Below, piece after piece: positions 1 to 14,800 of a DNA stretch of 64,000 nucleotides. This DNA comes from Eledone cirrhosa (lineage: Eukaryota). Positions within the stretch are counted from its first letter, which is position 1, and the number at the start of each line of letters is the position of its first letter. The notes beneath the pieces were generated by a model, which searched no databases, was not told where the DNA came from, and was given only the letters and a program-made list of their open reading frames with translations. Made by a program: the position numbers and the translations under genes. Location of the stretch: positions 11,098,001-11,162,000 of the forward strand of contig OZ024752.1 of assembly GCA_964016885.1 (NCBI GenBank). Reading direction: 5' to 3'.

Positions 1-1360
1 GTTGTTACTGCTGACGGTGCTGCTGTCTTCCTACAGTTGTTACTGCTGACGGTGCTGCTGTCTTCTTACAGTTGTTGTTACTGCTGACGGTGCTGCTGTC
101 TTCTTACAGTTGTTGTTACTACTGACGGTGCTGCTGTCTTCTTACAGTTGTTGTTACTGCTGACGGTGCTGCTGTCTTCTTACAGTTGTTGTTACTGCTG
201 ACGGTGCTGCTGTCTTCTTACAGTTGTTGTTACTGCTGACGGTGCTGCTGTCTTCTTACCGTTGTTGTTACTGCTGACGGTGCTGCTGTCTTCTTACCGT
301 TGTTGTTACTGCTGACGGTGCTACTATCTTGTTACCGCTGTTGTTACTGCTGACGGTGCTGCTGTCTTGTTACCGCTGTTGTTACTGCTGACGGTGCTGC
401 TGTCTTCTTACAGTTGTTGTTACTGCTGACGGTGCTGCTGTCTTCTTACAGTTGTTGTTACTGCTGACGGTGCTGCTGTCTTCTTACCGTTGTTGTTACT
501 GCTGACGGTGCTGCTGTCTTCTTACAGTTGTTGTTACTGCTGACGGTGCTGCTGTCTTCTTACCGTTGTTGTTACTGCTGACGGTGCTGCTGTCTTCTTA
601 CCGTTGTTGTTACTGCTGACGGTGCTGCTGTCTTCTTACCGTTGTTGTTACTGCTGACGGTGCTGCTGTCTTCTTACCGTTGTTGTTACTGCTGACGGTG
701 CTGCTGTCTTCTTACCGTTGTTGTTACTGCTGACGGTGCTGCTGTCTTCTTACCGTTGTTGTTACTGCTGACGGTGCTGCTGTCTTCTTACAGTTGTTGT
801 TACTGCTGACGGTGCTGCTGTCTTGTTACCGTTGTTTACTGCTGCGGTGCTGCTGTCTTGTTACCGTTGTTTACTGCTGCGGTGCTGCTGTCTTCTTACA
901 GTTGTTGTTACTGCTGACGGTGCTGCTGTCTTCTTACCGTTGTTGTTACTGCTGACGGTGCTGCTGTCTTCTTACCGTTGTTGTTACTGCTGACGGTGCT
1001 GCTGTCTTCTTACCGTTGTTGTTACTGCTGACGGTGCTGCTGTCTTCTTACAGTTGTTGTTACTGCTGACGGTGCTGCTGTCTTCTTACAGTTGTTGTTA
1101 CTGCTGACGGTGGTGCTGTGTTCTTACAGTTGTTGTTACTGCTGACGGTGCTGCTGTCTTCTTACCGTTGTTGTTACTGCTGACGGTGCTGCTGTCTTGT
1201 TACCGTTGTTTACTGCTGCGGTGCTGCTGTCTTGTTACCGTTGTTTACTGCTGCGGTGCTGCTGTCTTGTTACCGTTGTTTACTGCTGCGGTGCTGCTGT
1301 CTTGTTACCGTTGTTTACTGCTGCGGTGCTGCTGTCTTCTTACCGTTGTTGTTTACTGCT
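1..1360. repeat. Minisatellite, 38-bp unit GTTGTTGTTACTGCTGACGGTGCTGCTGTCTTCTTACA with a 35-bp variant; runs off the window start
   Basis: Unit starts at 71 and recurs at 109; the 35-bp variant GTTGTTTACTGCTGCGGTGCTGCTGTCTTGTTACC occurs at about 830-890 and 1200-1340; decays into (GCT/ACT)n low complexity up to about 1695. Confidence 0.95.
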
Positions 1361-2965
1361 TATGGTGCTGGTGGTACTGGTGGCACCGCTAAAGCAGCTA
1401 CTACTGCTGATAGTGCTGGCACCGCTAAAGCAGCTACTACTACTGATAGTGCTGGCACCGCTAGAGTAGCTACTACTACTACTGCTGCTGCTGCAACTAC
1501 TACTACGGCTGTTCCAACAACTGCTGCTGCTGCTGCTGCTGCACCTGCTAGTTTTGTTGCTAATGCTGCCGGTGGCATCGCTAGAACAACTATTGCTACT
1601 ACTGTTCCAGCAACTGCTGCTGCTTTTGCTGCTGCTTCTGACAGTGCTGCTGTTGTTGATACTACCGATATCGGTATTGTTGCGGTTGTTGTTGGAAATG
1701 TGCTTTAAACAACTCCGAAAATCCAACATTTTCAAGCAGTTATTTACAACACACCATTGCGGTGTTTTCAACTGGGTACATTACTGAAATAAGCTCCATC
1801 ATATATCTTCTCTTTCACCAAATAACACATTTATACAGAAAACAAAAATACCACTAAAACGCTCACACACAGATACAAACACTTATAAACATACAAACAT
1901 TTCTGTAAATTCATTCGCATTCTTACACACGCGTACACTCACAAACACACACACATTATATATATTTATATATATATATATATATATATAAATATATATA
2001 TCTATATTTACACATACATACACACAAGCACAAACTTAGATAAATATTTCTACATATATTACTCATAATTTTCACTAGCAGTAACGGTATATAAGAGCAA
2101 GTGTACCACTATATGTGGTAATATTTACTATATATACATACAAATATATATTGAAATTATTAACTGCTAGTCCTTCCTTGCATTTTCTCTTGTTCTCTCG
2201 CATTTTTTTACATCCCTCCATTGTTTCGTCTCTATTTATATATATATAGAGAGAGATTATATATATGTATATATACATACTTCAATTATAAATTATATCT
2301 ATTAATATTATCTATTTATCTGTACATACATACATCTATATATACACACGTATATATACACCATCAAAATATATATCTCTGTGCCAAAACATTGCTAAAG
2401 AAATAAATTTAAAAAAAAATTAAAAGAGAGAGAAAGGAAGGAGAATAGAGTGAGTGATAAAAAAAACAAAACAAAGGAAAACATCTAAAGGAGATATGGA
2501 AGCACCACAGCGAAATCCATTTGACACTAACAAGAAGTGAACACCGAATTTCTCAAATGGTAAGTGGGCATGTTATTGTATCATGGTGGTGTTCCATACA
2601 CTTTGTCTCCTTTATATATATATATAAATATATTTTTTTATTATACGGTCGCCATTCTGTGCAACTGATTCTACACACGTGTGTCGTGACAGTTGTGAAG
2701 TCTGCTTCGATATGAGCAAGCGTATGAATGTATGAATGCTAACATATCTCGTATGCGTGGACATGTATGCGTGCTATGCATGTCTGTTGGTATGCAGTCA
2801 TATCTGAGCAAGTTTTACAGTTAACATTCGCGCATGCCAACGCTAACTCCTAATTCAATGTCACACAAACTTAATTTTATGCAAGCGCATATTCCCTATA
2901 CACTAAACATATATGCGTATATGTAAACACGGAAATCCATATATATATTTATATATATATATATC

Positions 2966-3108
2966 AGATGTGAGAAAAACCACAGACCCTCCATCTCAAC
3001 TCTACCTTTGAAAAGCGGAAGAACCGGTAAAGGAACCAAATAAATATATATATTTTTTTAAAAATAAGATTCCAGTTGCATTTTCGATTTAATCTTTTTT
3101 TTCTTTAT
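2966..3108 (+). mobile_element. Degenerate copy of the TA-embedded hammerhead element family D
   Basis: Shares ccctccatctcaa...accggtaaag...ccagttgcatttt with 40230-40330, 29280-29363 (-) and 50640-50745 (-); the core is damaged. Confidence 0.6.
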
Positions 3109-3232
3109 AAATATATATATATATATATATATATACGTATATATTATTATATATATATATATATATATACCTATATATCATTATATATATATATTTATAT
3201 ATATAAGAGAGTATTGAAGTTTGCGTGGAATA

Positions 3233-3538
3233 ATAAGATTTATTTTGTTTTGGCCGTTTTGGAAGCCTCAACAATGCATACGTGTCAGTCTCCGGGTAAC
3301 AGGATCCGAAATATAGGGACAATTCGAAATATAGGGACAATTAAATCTCTCCCAAGGTAACTCTATATTGTGTTATTATTTTTATTTTTTATGATCTTTC
3401 CTACGTGCCTCTACACACTATACATCTCATTCTATATTTCCTTACATCTCTCTCTCTCTTCACCACCGGATCCTGTTACCCGGAGACTTACCCATCTGCA
3501 TTTTTGAGGCTCCCAAAACAGCCAAAAGAAAACAAATC

Positions 3539-3543
<5 letters not shown>
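3233..3543. mobile_element. TA-embedded element with about 75-bp imperfect terminal inverted repeats
   Basis: agatttattttgttttggccgttttggaagcctcaacaatgca...gtctccgggtaacaggatccg mirrored by cggatcctgttacccggagac...tgcatttttgaggctcccaaaacagccaaaagaaaacaaatct; (TA)n on both sides; no clear ribozyme core. Confidence 0.6.
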
Positions 3544-3587
<44 letters not shown>

Positions 3588-3596
3588 GAGAGAGAG

Positions 3597-3652
<56 letters not shown>

Positions 3653-3660
3653 TATAATAT

Positions 3661-3890
3661 AGACATGGCTTCTACAGGACTAGAACTGTTTCATTCGAAG
3701 GAAATCATCAGAAGCCAGTCTTATATTAAATATTTATAATCTGCTATGTATTGAGTACCTTACTTACTGTGGTTACCTCTGATTCAACCCTGGTTACACA
3801 TACATACTTATATATATGTATGTATGTGTATCCTGAGTTCAATCGGAGGTAACCCCAGTAAGTAAGGTACTCAATACATAGCAGAATGTA
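3661..3890. mobile_element. Family A Penelope-like pLTR fragments: hammerhead on the minus strand plus 3' tail in both orientations
   Basis: Minus strand 3666-3717 reads tggcttCTGATGAtttccttcgaatGAAAcagttctagtcctgTAgaagcca; tail ctgctatgtattgagtaccttacttactg at 3741 and its reverse complement at about 3831-3886. Confidence 0.8.
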
Positions 3891-3894
3891 TGCG

Positions 3895-4327
3895 TATGTA
3901 TATATATATATGTGTGTACATAACATATATATATATATATATATATATAAATACATAACATATACATATATATATATATATATAAATACATAACATATAC
4001 ATATATATATATATATATATACATACATAACATATACATATACATAACATATACATATATATATATATATATATACATAACATATACATATATATATATA
4101 TACATAACATATACATATATATATATATATATATACATAACATATACATATATATATATATATATATACATAACATATACATATATATATATATATATAT
4201 ACATAACATATACATATATATATATATATACATAACATATACATATATATATATATATATACATAACATATACATATATATATATATACATAACATATAC
4301 ATATATATATATATATATATACATAAC

Positions 4328-4372
<45 letters not shown>

Positions 4373-4403
4373 TAACATACATATATATATACATAACATA
4401 TAC

Positions 4404-4440
<37 letters not shown>

Positions 4441-4751
4441 TATATGTACATAACATATACATATATATATATAAATATATATATGTACATAACATATATA
4501 TATATACATAACATATACATATACATATATATATATATATATATGTACATATATGTACATAACATATACATATATATATATAAATATATATATGTACATA
4601 ACATATATATATATACATAACATATACATATACATATATATATATATATATACATTACATATACATATATATATATATATATATATGTACATAACACATA
4701 TATATATATACATAACATATACATATACATATATATATATATATATACATA

Positions 4752-4794
<43 letters not shown>

Positions 4795-5516
4795 ACATAT
4801 ACATATATATATATATATACATAACATATACATATATATATATATATACATAACATATACATATATATACATAACATATATATATATATATATATACATA
4901 ACATATATATACATAACATATATATATATATATACATAACATATATATATATATATACATAACATATATATATATATATACATAACATATACATATATAT
5001 ATACATAACATATACATATATATATACATAACATATACATATATATATATATATATATACATAACATATATATATATATATACATATATACATAACATAT
5101 ATATATATATATATACATAACATATATATATATATATATACATAACATATATATATATATATATACATATATACATAACATATATATATATATATACATA
5201 ACATATATATATATATATACATAACATATATATATATATATACATAACATACATATATATATATATACATAACATATACATATATATACATAACATATAC
5301 ATATATATACATAACATATACATATATATATATATACATAACATATACATATATATACATAACATATACATATACATATATATATATATATATGTACATA
5401 ACATATATATATATATATACATAACATATACATATATATATATATACATAACATATACATATATATACATAACATATACATATACATATATATATATATA
5501 TATATATGTACATAAC

Positions 5517-5565
<49 letters not shown>
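3895..5565. repeat. Compound (TA)n-based satellite with a recurring CATAACAT core
   Basis: tacataacatatacatat separated by variable TA runs over about 1.7 kb. Confidence 0.95.
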
Positions 5566-5567
<2 letters not shown>

Positions 5568-6026
5568 CAGGATTGATTCAGTTTGAAAATTGTTAGACTT
5601 TTACTCAACAGAGTACTCGATGCTTGAGTTAGTAGAGTATAGTTAAATTATATGTTTACGTCCACGAAACACTCTGATAATGCATAAACTAAGACAAACC
5701 GTTAACATAGGCATGTACACACACAAGCACACCTGTCGGAGGCCCGACTCTAAATAATATACATATATGTATATATATGTATATATATATATAAATATAT
5801 ATAATAGAAAAAACAAGGAAGTTTCGATTACATGTGTTAACGAAATTTCCCCGTTTTTTTTCTAATATATACACTCTGCCTGTGCATAGAGTGCTTGTTG
5901 GATACCACACTGATATTTCACCATACCACCTACTCTTTCTCTCTCTCTATCATATATATATATATATATATATATATAGTAATAATTAATTTGAAGTCTA
6001 AAATCCAAAGAGGGCTCGATACGGAT

Positions 6027-6062
<36 letters not shown>

Positions 6063-6240
6063 CAAATAGATATATGTAAACCCGTAGAGCAAAATTTATT
6101 GAAATAACAGATTAAAGTTTAAGTGTATATATATATATATATATATATACACATCTGTATGTGTTTGTGTGCGTATCTTTATTCTAAGAGAGAGAGAGAG
6201 AGAGAGAGATAGAAAGAGAGAGAGAGAGAGAGAGAGAGAA

Positions 6241-6418
6241 GAGCTTCTACGGGACTAGCACTCTTTCATTCGTGAGAAATCACCAGGGAGCTTCCTGATG
6301 ATTTCTCACGAATGAAACAGTTCTAGTCCTGTAGAAGCTCTTCTTTATTAACACTTGTATACTCTGCTATGTATTGAGTACCTTACTTACTGTGGTTACC
6401 TCCGATTGAGCCCGGGAT

Positions 6419-6422
<4 letters not shown>
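6241..6422 (+). mobile_element. Family A Penelope-like pLTR element: inverted degenerate hammerhead, intact hammerhead and 3' tail, ending in (TA)n
   Basis: 6241-6291 is an imperfect reverse complement of 6290-6340; the tail matches 3721-3800 and 50921-51006. Confidence 0.85.
6288..6340 (+). ncRNA. Type I hammerhead ribozyme (family A)
   Basis: Stem I gagcttc/gaagctc (7 bp perfect); CTGATGA 6295-6301; stem II ttc/gaa with a U.U closing pair; GAAA 6314-6317; stem III cag/ctg with a ttctagtc loop; predicted cleavage at GUA after 6333. Confidence 0.85.
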
Positions 6423-6517
<95 letters not shown>

Positions 6518-6769
6518 ATACAAACAGATAGACAGAGGAAGAAAGCAAGAGAGGTGAAAAGATAGCGATATTCATATTTGAAACGTAGATAAAACAAAAT
6601 GACTTATCTCCCGTTGTAAAAGTACATTATATCATAAATCTCATCTTTCACTTTAGTGTGTTCTTCGATTTTCTGATTCATATCTACCTACAAACGTGTC
6701 ATAGAGTAATGTTTGTGAATGTATGTATGTGTATGTATACATACATATATGTGTGTATATATACATGCA

Positions 6770-6825
<56 letters not shown>

Positions 6826-6964
6826 CATACATACATATACATACATACATACATATAGACATACATATACATATATATATATACACATACATTCATATAA
6901 ACATACATATATATATACATACATACATACAAACATACATATATATATACATACATACATACAG

Positions 6965-6997
<33 letters not shown>

Positions 6998-7837
6998 CAT
7001 TCATATAGATATACATATATATACATACATACATACACACATACATTCATATAGATATACATATATATATACATACAGATATATATATACATACATACAT
7101 ACATAATTACAGACATATACATATATACATATATACAAACATATATATATATATATACATATATACTTACAAACATATATATACATACAAAAATATCTAT
7201 ATATATACATATATATACATACACACATGGTGGATGCCAACTCGTTTTCGAGTACGGCCACTACTTTATATCCATTTAGGAGAACCCCTACTGATGCGCT
7301 GAACGAGTGTGACTTTTTAGTCCAGCCAGCGACTTGAAAACTCTGGTACAAACACTACACTTGTGTCAATTATTGACACATAGTGCTGGGCCCATGGCAC
7401 CATGTGACGACAAGTGCAGAGAGATCTCCAGATATAAAGCAATGCCTGTGCCGTGAAGCTTTTATAGTGAGCAAAGGCACTGCACAAAGCCAGTCCCACT
7501 CTCTTAACCAAGATGATATTTACCAAAAAGAAGAACAAGTCAACATCATTGGATACCATCAGGGTTGCAGGTGTTATATCAGAGTTTTCCTTCTCTTAGA
7601 ATTCTGCCTTGTCAAAGGCTAAGGGGTCATCTCTCCCATACATATATACATATATATATATACATACACACACACAGACATACATACATACATACATACA
7701 GGTGTACTTGTATGGTTGCGTAAGTTAGTTTGGCTTAATTAGGCATTACATGGGGTTTCGTGAACATAAACTAATCGAACGACTTCAACCACAATACTAG
7801 TGTTCCTTAAGTACTTTAAGTTTGCAGCAACACATAC

Positions 7838-8055
<218 letters not shown>

Positions 8056-8358
8056 AGAAAGAGGCAGAGAGGAAGATATAAAAAAGATTTATATATATTA
8101 TATCATATATATACGTACAAATATATGCATATATACATGCGCAAATACACACGTGCTCGCATGTACACATATGTGTATATACATATATATATGTGAATGT
8201 TTGTTTTTATATGTGTGCGTGTGTATATATATATATATATATATACATATAAATATATATACATATATATATATATATTATTAGTCAACTAATTACATGA
8301 AGTGAGTGATTTTTACCCTTGAATGATTCTACCGAATTATTACTACAGTCTATATATA

Positions 8359-8405
<47 letters not shown>

Positions 8406-8408
<3 letters not shown>

Positions 8409-8745
8409 GGAGGTGAGTTTTATTGTAGTACAATAAAGCAATGCAGATATCGGATAAGAAGCACTCTACAGTTAGTAGGACCTGAGTATACATAATATAA
8501 GATCAAAAGATGGTTAAAGGAGTTCCATGTATTTTATTATGCGCATTTCAAAAACAAACATCATCAATCTAAAACCACTTTTCATATGTTGATTTAAAAC
8601 TGCACTATCCACAAGTGTTTTTTAGCCTTCATATCATGTTCTCCTGTTTTATCTGATGAAAACACAAATATTATTGCATGATGATGTTTGTTTTTGAAAT
8701 GCGCATAATAAAATACATGGAACTCCTTTAACCATCTTTTGATCT

Positions 8746-8752
<7 letters not shown>
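8406..8752. mobile_element. Family B Penelope-like element with an inverted duplication, inside (TA)n
   Basis: Near-identical to 21399-21818 and 39493-39746; the arm taatataagatcaaaagatggttaaaggagttcc is mirrored at 8719-8752. Confidence 0.85.
8646..8714 (+). ncRNA. Minimal hammerhead ribozyme (family B) with palindromic stem III ATGCGCAT
   Basis: Stem I gttttat/ataaaat; CTGATGA 8653-8659; long AU/GU-rich stem II; GAAA 8696-8699; tgcgca; predicted cleavage at UA after 8707. Confidence 0.8.
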
Positions 8753-8780
<28 letters not shown>

Positions 8781-8783
<3 letters not shown>

Positions 8784-8887
8784 GTGGTAACACAACAGAT
8801 TGGTTAACTAACTGTTGTGTTACTACTTCTACCAAACTCGTCCCATGAACTGAGTGCTCTACCACTACGGATATTACCTTCCAGTGT

Positions 8888-8890
<3 letters not shown>
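8781..8890 (+). mobile_element. Short TA-flanked hairpin element with an ACTC..GAGTGC tail motif
   Basis: gaagtggtaacacaacag / ctgttgtgttactacttc inverted pair, then actcgtcccatgaactgagtgc. Confidence 0.5.
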
Positions 8891-8946
<56 letters not shown>

Positions 8947-9058
8947 GTAACAATTCTATGTATATATATATATACATACAATATATATATAAATACATAC
9001 AATGAAACAATTTTTAATACTATAAATATATATATATATGTATGTATTAGGTATATAA

Positions 9059-9554
<496 letters not shown>

Positions 9555-9672
9555 GTGTGTTATGTATCTATAATTGTATAGGTGTTCCTGTAAATATGTA
9601 AATATATGTAAATATCTGATTACATTATTCATGTATTCATTTACTGGTTTCATTCATTAAACTGTGACGAAG

Positions 9673-9987
9673 CTCGTGAGTGACGGGGTCCACCTCGTGA
9701 GTGACGGGGTCCACCTCGTGAGTGACGGGGTCCACCTCGTTAGTGACGGGGTCCACCTAGTGAGTGACGGGGTCCACCTCGTGAGTGACGGGGTCCACCT
9801 CGTGAGTGACGGGGTCCACCTCGTGAGTGACGGGGTCCACCTCGTGAGTGACGGGGTCCACCTCGTGAGTGACGGGGTCCACCTCGTGAGTGACGGGGTC
9901 CACCTCGTGAGTGACGGGGTCCACCTCGTGAGTGACGGGGTCCACCTCGTGAGTGACGGGGTCCACCTCGTGAGTGACGGGGTCCAC
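9673..9987. repeat. GC-rich minisatellite, 15 x 21-bp CTCGTGAGTGACGGGGTCCAC
   Basis: 315 bp, nearly invariant (two substitutions seen), no spacers. Confidence 0.97.
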
Positions 9988-10090
9988 GTCGTTCTAGAGG
10001 ACCAGGTCATCTCCACTATTGCTATTCCAAGTCTGGTACTTATGTATTTTAATATCTATGTATATACGCAACTATGAACTCGTAGTCCGA

Positions 10091-10431
10091 TATATAATGT
10101 ACATAGTAGTATATATAATGTACATAGTAGTATATATAATGTATATAGTAGTATATATAATGTATATAGTAGTATATATAATGTATATAGTAGTATATAT
10201 AATGTACATAGTAGTATATATAATGTATATAGTAGTATATATAATGTATATAGTAGTATATATAATGTATATAGTAGTATATATAATGTATATAGTAGTA
10301 TATATAATGTATATAGTAGTATATATAATGTACATAGTAGTATATATAATGTACATAGTAGTATATATAATGTACATAGTAGTATATATAATGTATATAG
10401 TAGTATATATAATGTATATAGTAGTATATAT
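10091..10431. repeat. 21-bp minisatellite TATATAATGTAYATAGTAGTA
   Basis: About 16 copies. Confidence 0.95.
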
Positions 10432-10562
10432 TATTGATGGTTATGTATTAATTCATACTAAATAGCCAACACAGTTTATCATCTCTCTCTCTCAAAGCCA
10501 TTAACACACACGTTCTCTACCTCTCTCTCTCTCCTATCTTTATATGTGAATTTATGAAGATT

Positions 10563-10606
<44 letters not shown>

Positions 10607-10662
10607 CGAGAGAGAGAAAATTAATAGATCGACAGATAGATAGATACATACATTATATATGC

Positions 10663-10717
<55 letters not shown>

Positions 10718-10910
10718 TTAGATATATAGATAGATAAATAAAAAGAGATGGTTTCAAATAGATGTAAGCATGTATGTACGTATGTATATATGTATATATA
10801 AATAAACATTAGTTCATATACACATATGTTTAAGCAATTTCTCTTTCATTTCCTCTCTCAAACACACACACTCGAGTGCACCACCACCCCCGCCTATATA
10901 CACGCAAACA

Positions 10911-10975
<65 letters not shown>

Positions 10976-11113
10976 CGCCTCCATACGGTATATTTGTTAA
11001 TATAGACGTAAGAACATGGTGCTGCGCTACTTAACGTACCATATCACCCTATCTATCTATCTATCTATCTATATATATATATATATATGCACACATATAT
11101 ATATATATATATG

Positions 11114-11156
<43 letters not shown>

Positions 11157-11458
11157 GCATATATCTTATCTTGTCTCTTGAGACAAACAATGCGTGTTTC
11201 TACATTCATTTGTACATAAATTTAGAACAAAACATATAGGCACATGTATTACTAATATTCTACGTTGATATATACGTGTATATATATATATATACATAAA
11301 TATCTTTGGGTGGGTGTATAAATATATATATATATATATCTGTGTGTGTGTATGTGTGTCTGTGTATGTGTATATATAAATAGAATGAGAGAGATATAAC
11401 ATATATATAAATATATAGATAAATAAATAAATAGAAAGTTGTACACATATATATATAT

Positions 11459-11495
<37 letters not shown>

Positions 11496-11807
11496 CAGAC
11501 ATACACATATATATGCATGTAGGTCGAAGTGCATGAGAGATAATAGGCACGTGGTTTGTGAGATTCTTGGAGAGTTTGGTGGATATAATTATGTATAATG
11601 ATATACTGATGAAAAGACAGATAAATATGATTAAAGAACGAAAAAAAAATCTGTTCTAATCATGTATATACCGCACTTAATATACCGGTACATACAGCAG
11701 TGAATAGAAAGGTAAATATGCGGCAGCAAATACTATGTACAGGATATTGGAGATATATTTTTTATTTCTATTGACGATATCCTGATATTTGTACACATCA
11801 TGATCTC

Positions 11808-11819
11808 TATGTGTATATG

Positions 11820-11858
<39 letters not shown>

Positions 11859-12083
11859 ATGTATGTATATATATGTATATATATATGTATGTATACATAT
11901 ATATGTATGTATATATATGTATGTATGTATATATATATGTATGTATACATATATATGTATGTATATATATATGTATGTATATATATATGTATGTATATAT
12001 GTATGTATATATATATGTATACATATATATGTATATGTATGTATGTATGTATATATATATGTATACATATATATGTATGTATG

Positions 12084-12114
<31 letters not shown>

Positions 12115-12445
12115 GTATATATGTATGTATGTATGCTTATATATATATATATGTATGTATATATTTATATATATGTATGTATATATTTATATATATGTAT
12201 GTATATATTTATATATATGTATGTATATATTTATATATATGTATGTATATGTATGTATATATGTATGTATCCATATATATGTATGTATCCATATATATGT
12301 ATGTATCCATATATATGTATGTATACATATATATGTATGTATACATATATATATGTATACATATATATATGTATATATACGTATATATATATGTAAGTGC
12401 GTCTATGTGTGTGTGTGTGTATGTGTGTATACATTATATATATAG
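11808..12445. repeat. Compound (TA)n/(TATG)n microsatellite
   Basis: Direct reading. Confidence 0.95.
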
Positions 12446-12754
12446 AGTGAGAGAGATTGTCTCAATCTACCTGTATGTATAGTTACCTATTTCCATCCAT
12501 TACCTATTTCCATCCATCCTTCTGTGTGTATATATATGCAACACACACAGAGTGAGAGAGAAGTTTAAATATATGTGCATATATATATATAAATATATAT
12601 ACACATATGCACACATGCGTATATGTAGATGCAACTATATATATATATATATACGTGCGCATTACAGTGTATCTGTTGCCATCATAATTACGAGACTCGC
12701 ACTAGTTTCTGTCTTGACCGTTGTTACATAGAGAAAGGAGAATTATACTCTAAA

Positions 12755-13375
12755 GGATTGGATTGTCAGCTTTGTTAGAGAGTCGGACAATATGCTTTGT
12801 GGCACATAGTTACGGCCATTTACGTTCTAAGATCACATCTCACCGTGGTTAGCTTTCCCTTTCATCCTTACGGGGTCGATAAAACAAAGTACTAGGAACG
12901 CACTAGGGTCAACATAATGGACTTTCCCCTCTCGCTTTATTCAGAAAGTATTATAATTTAAGGGTTTAGGCGGTATGATATTGTATCGATTAAAGCATTT
13001 GCATTATTTGTTTCGGCTGGTGGATTGGCCGTATCGGTAGAGCGTCTGACACCCTGCTTCGTAGCTGAGTTCAAATCCTGCCGCTGTCGACAACATAAAG
13101 TACCAGTCATGCACTGGTGTCGATTTAAACAACTTTCCCCTCCATCCCAAGCAAAAAATTGCTGGCCTTGTTCCCATATTAGAAACCATTATTTGTTTCG
13201 GCTCTTCACATCCTGTTTGTTTCCGGATTTTGCCGATGAATTCATTCGCTTTGTGTGTTCTATTTTTGTACAGTAATATTTCCGCCGTTAGGGGGCTTTT
13301 CGTTCTTAAGCACCTCAAATAATTGTTTCTACTTTTTGGCACAAGGCCAGCAATTAACCAGTACATTACTGGTAA
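12755..13375. mobile_element. Cluster of tRNA-derived SINE copies (12755-12955 +, 13019-13192 +, 13320-13373 - 3' fragment)
   Basis: Match to window consensus GGTGGATTGGCAGTATCGGTAGAG...GAGTTCAAATCC...TTTCATCCTTACGGGGTCGATAAAATAAAGTACCAG...GCTGGCCTTGTGCCAAAAGTAGAAACAATTA; pol III A/B-box-like motifs. Confidence 0.85.
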
Positions 13376-14147
13376 GAAAATAATTTGTTTAAATATACTT
13401 ATGCTTTGTTTTTACTACACTGGTTTTCTATTAACTCTAAATATGTTAGTATGATCATGCGTTTTAAATGTTTTTCTTGGTCTCGTAATGGTGATAAAAA
13501 AGGGTGAGCTAAGAATAACAACAATACACATGTAGAGGATATATAATTAAGCCCCCACACCAATCCTCAAATTCTAACGGAAGTTCTGTAGTGTTAGACG
13601 TTTTAGTTAACTTCTATATAGCTGCAAGCTCTGCGGGGTTTTGTTTTAAATTTTTCACCAGATTTTACTATATTTTTTACTGCTTTACTCATTTTATACA
13701 TATTCTTTATGCATTTGTTTTGTATATTTACATATATCTAATTTTATACACTAAACCTTGAGAATTAAGAATTGTACTTCAGAAAAATAAAAATAAATAA
13801 AAGTGTGTTAACCAAGGTATGCAGAAATGTGTGTAAGATTTTGACAATCATATGAATGGTTGGATATATAACTATATACTATTTAAACCAGGTATATACA
13901 ATTTAAACCAGATATACATAATTTCTCTCGCTAGTCCCGCCAGAATATATTTTGAACAATTTTATCTCCCCACCTTCAGCCATGCCTCAATCTATAGAAT
14001 CTATAGTACAGATATATTATCAAAGTTTTGTGAGTTTCTATCTCAATCATCTATCTTCTCATTTGATTAAAAGAAAAGTAATCAAATTTATGAAACACAT
14101 ATGAGAGTAGTATTATTATTATATTATTATTACTGTTATTATTATTG

Positions 14148-14265
14148 TGTTCAAATCCCGCCGTGGTTAACTTTGCCTTTCATCCTTACGGGGTCGATAA
14201 ATTAAAGTACCAGTAATGTACTGAGGTAATTGCTGGCATTGTGCCAAAAGTAGAAACAATTATTA
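14148..14265 (+). mobile_element. tRNA-derived SINE, 5' truncated
   Basis: B-box gttcaaatcc through the gtagaaacaattatt tail. Confidence 0.9.
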
Positions 14266-14504
14266 TTATTACTATTATTATTGTCGGCCCTTGTGGCTAA
14301 TAAATGAAATCATTATTATTAGTAGTAGTAGTGGCTTTCTCCACGAATGTCCCTCGGAAGTCTCCCCCGTATTGGGGAATTTTTCATTGTTATTTTTTTG
14401 TTAGATCCTCTGTTTTTGTTTTTTACATGCAGAAATGCCCATTTGTACCGTCCTGTACTGTCCTTAATGTCTACTTTATGTAAACCATTGTGGTTAATAA
14501 AGAA

Positions 14505-14527
14505 AGTATTATTATTATTATTATTAT

Positions 14528-14574
<47 letters not shown>

Positions 14575-14800
14575 TTGAAGTAGTAGTGTTGAAGTAGTAG
14601 TTGGTTGTAGTATTTGTAATAGCAATAGTATTGGTGGTGGAACTGTTAGTAGTCACATTTGTGGTGGTAGTGTTCGTGGTATTAGCAGCAGTGGTGGTGG
14701 TAGTAGTTGTAGTAATTGATAGTGATAATGGTGTTAGTTGTGGTGGTAGTAGTAATTGGTAGTGGTATGGTGGTGGTAGTAGTAGTAGTAGTTGTAGTTA
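14505..14800. repeat. (TAT)n/(TAG)n/(TGG)n low-complexity tract
   Basis: Direct reading. Confidence 0.9.

Noticed and set aside
1168-1787. Ala/Thr-rich, mucin- or antifreeze-like ORFs
   Set aside because: Derived from the 38/35-bp minisatellite (period not a multiple of 3) and GCT/ACT low complexity
2485-2565. Possible exon ending at ATG|GTAAGT
   Set aside because: A good donor consensus, but no convincing acceptor, recognisable peptide or partner exons; cannot support without RNA data
3744-5518. Long ORFs up to 589 aa (also at 21804-24760, 36599-39595, 52512-54086 and others)
   Set aside because: YI/VC/HT-type dipeptide translations of microsatellites that lack stops by composition; not genes
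9673-9987. CRISPR-like regular repeat
   Set aside because: Contiguous tandem units with no unique spacers; eukaryotic context; no cas genes
11607-11650. CTGATGA...GAAA match (also CTGATGA at 44638, CTGAAGA at 48620, TCATCAG at 57422)
   Set aside because: No supporting stems I-III or UH site
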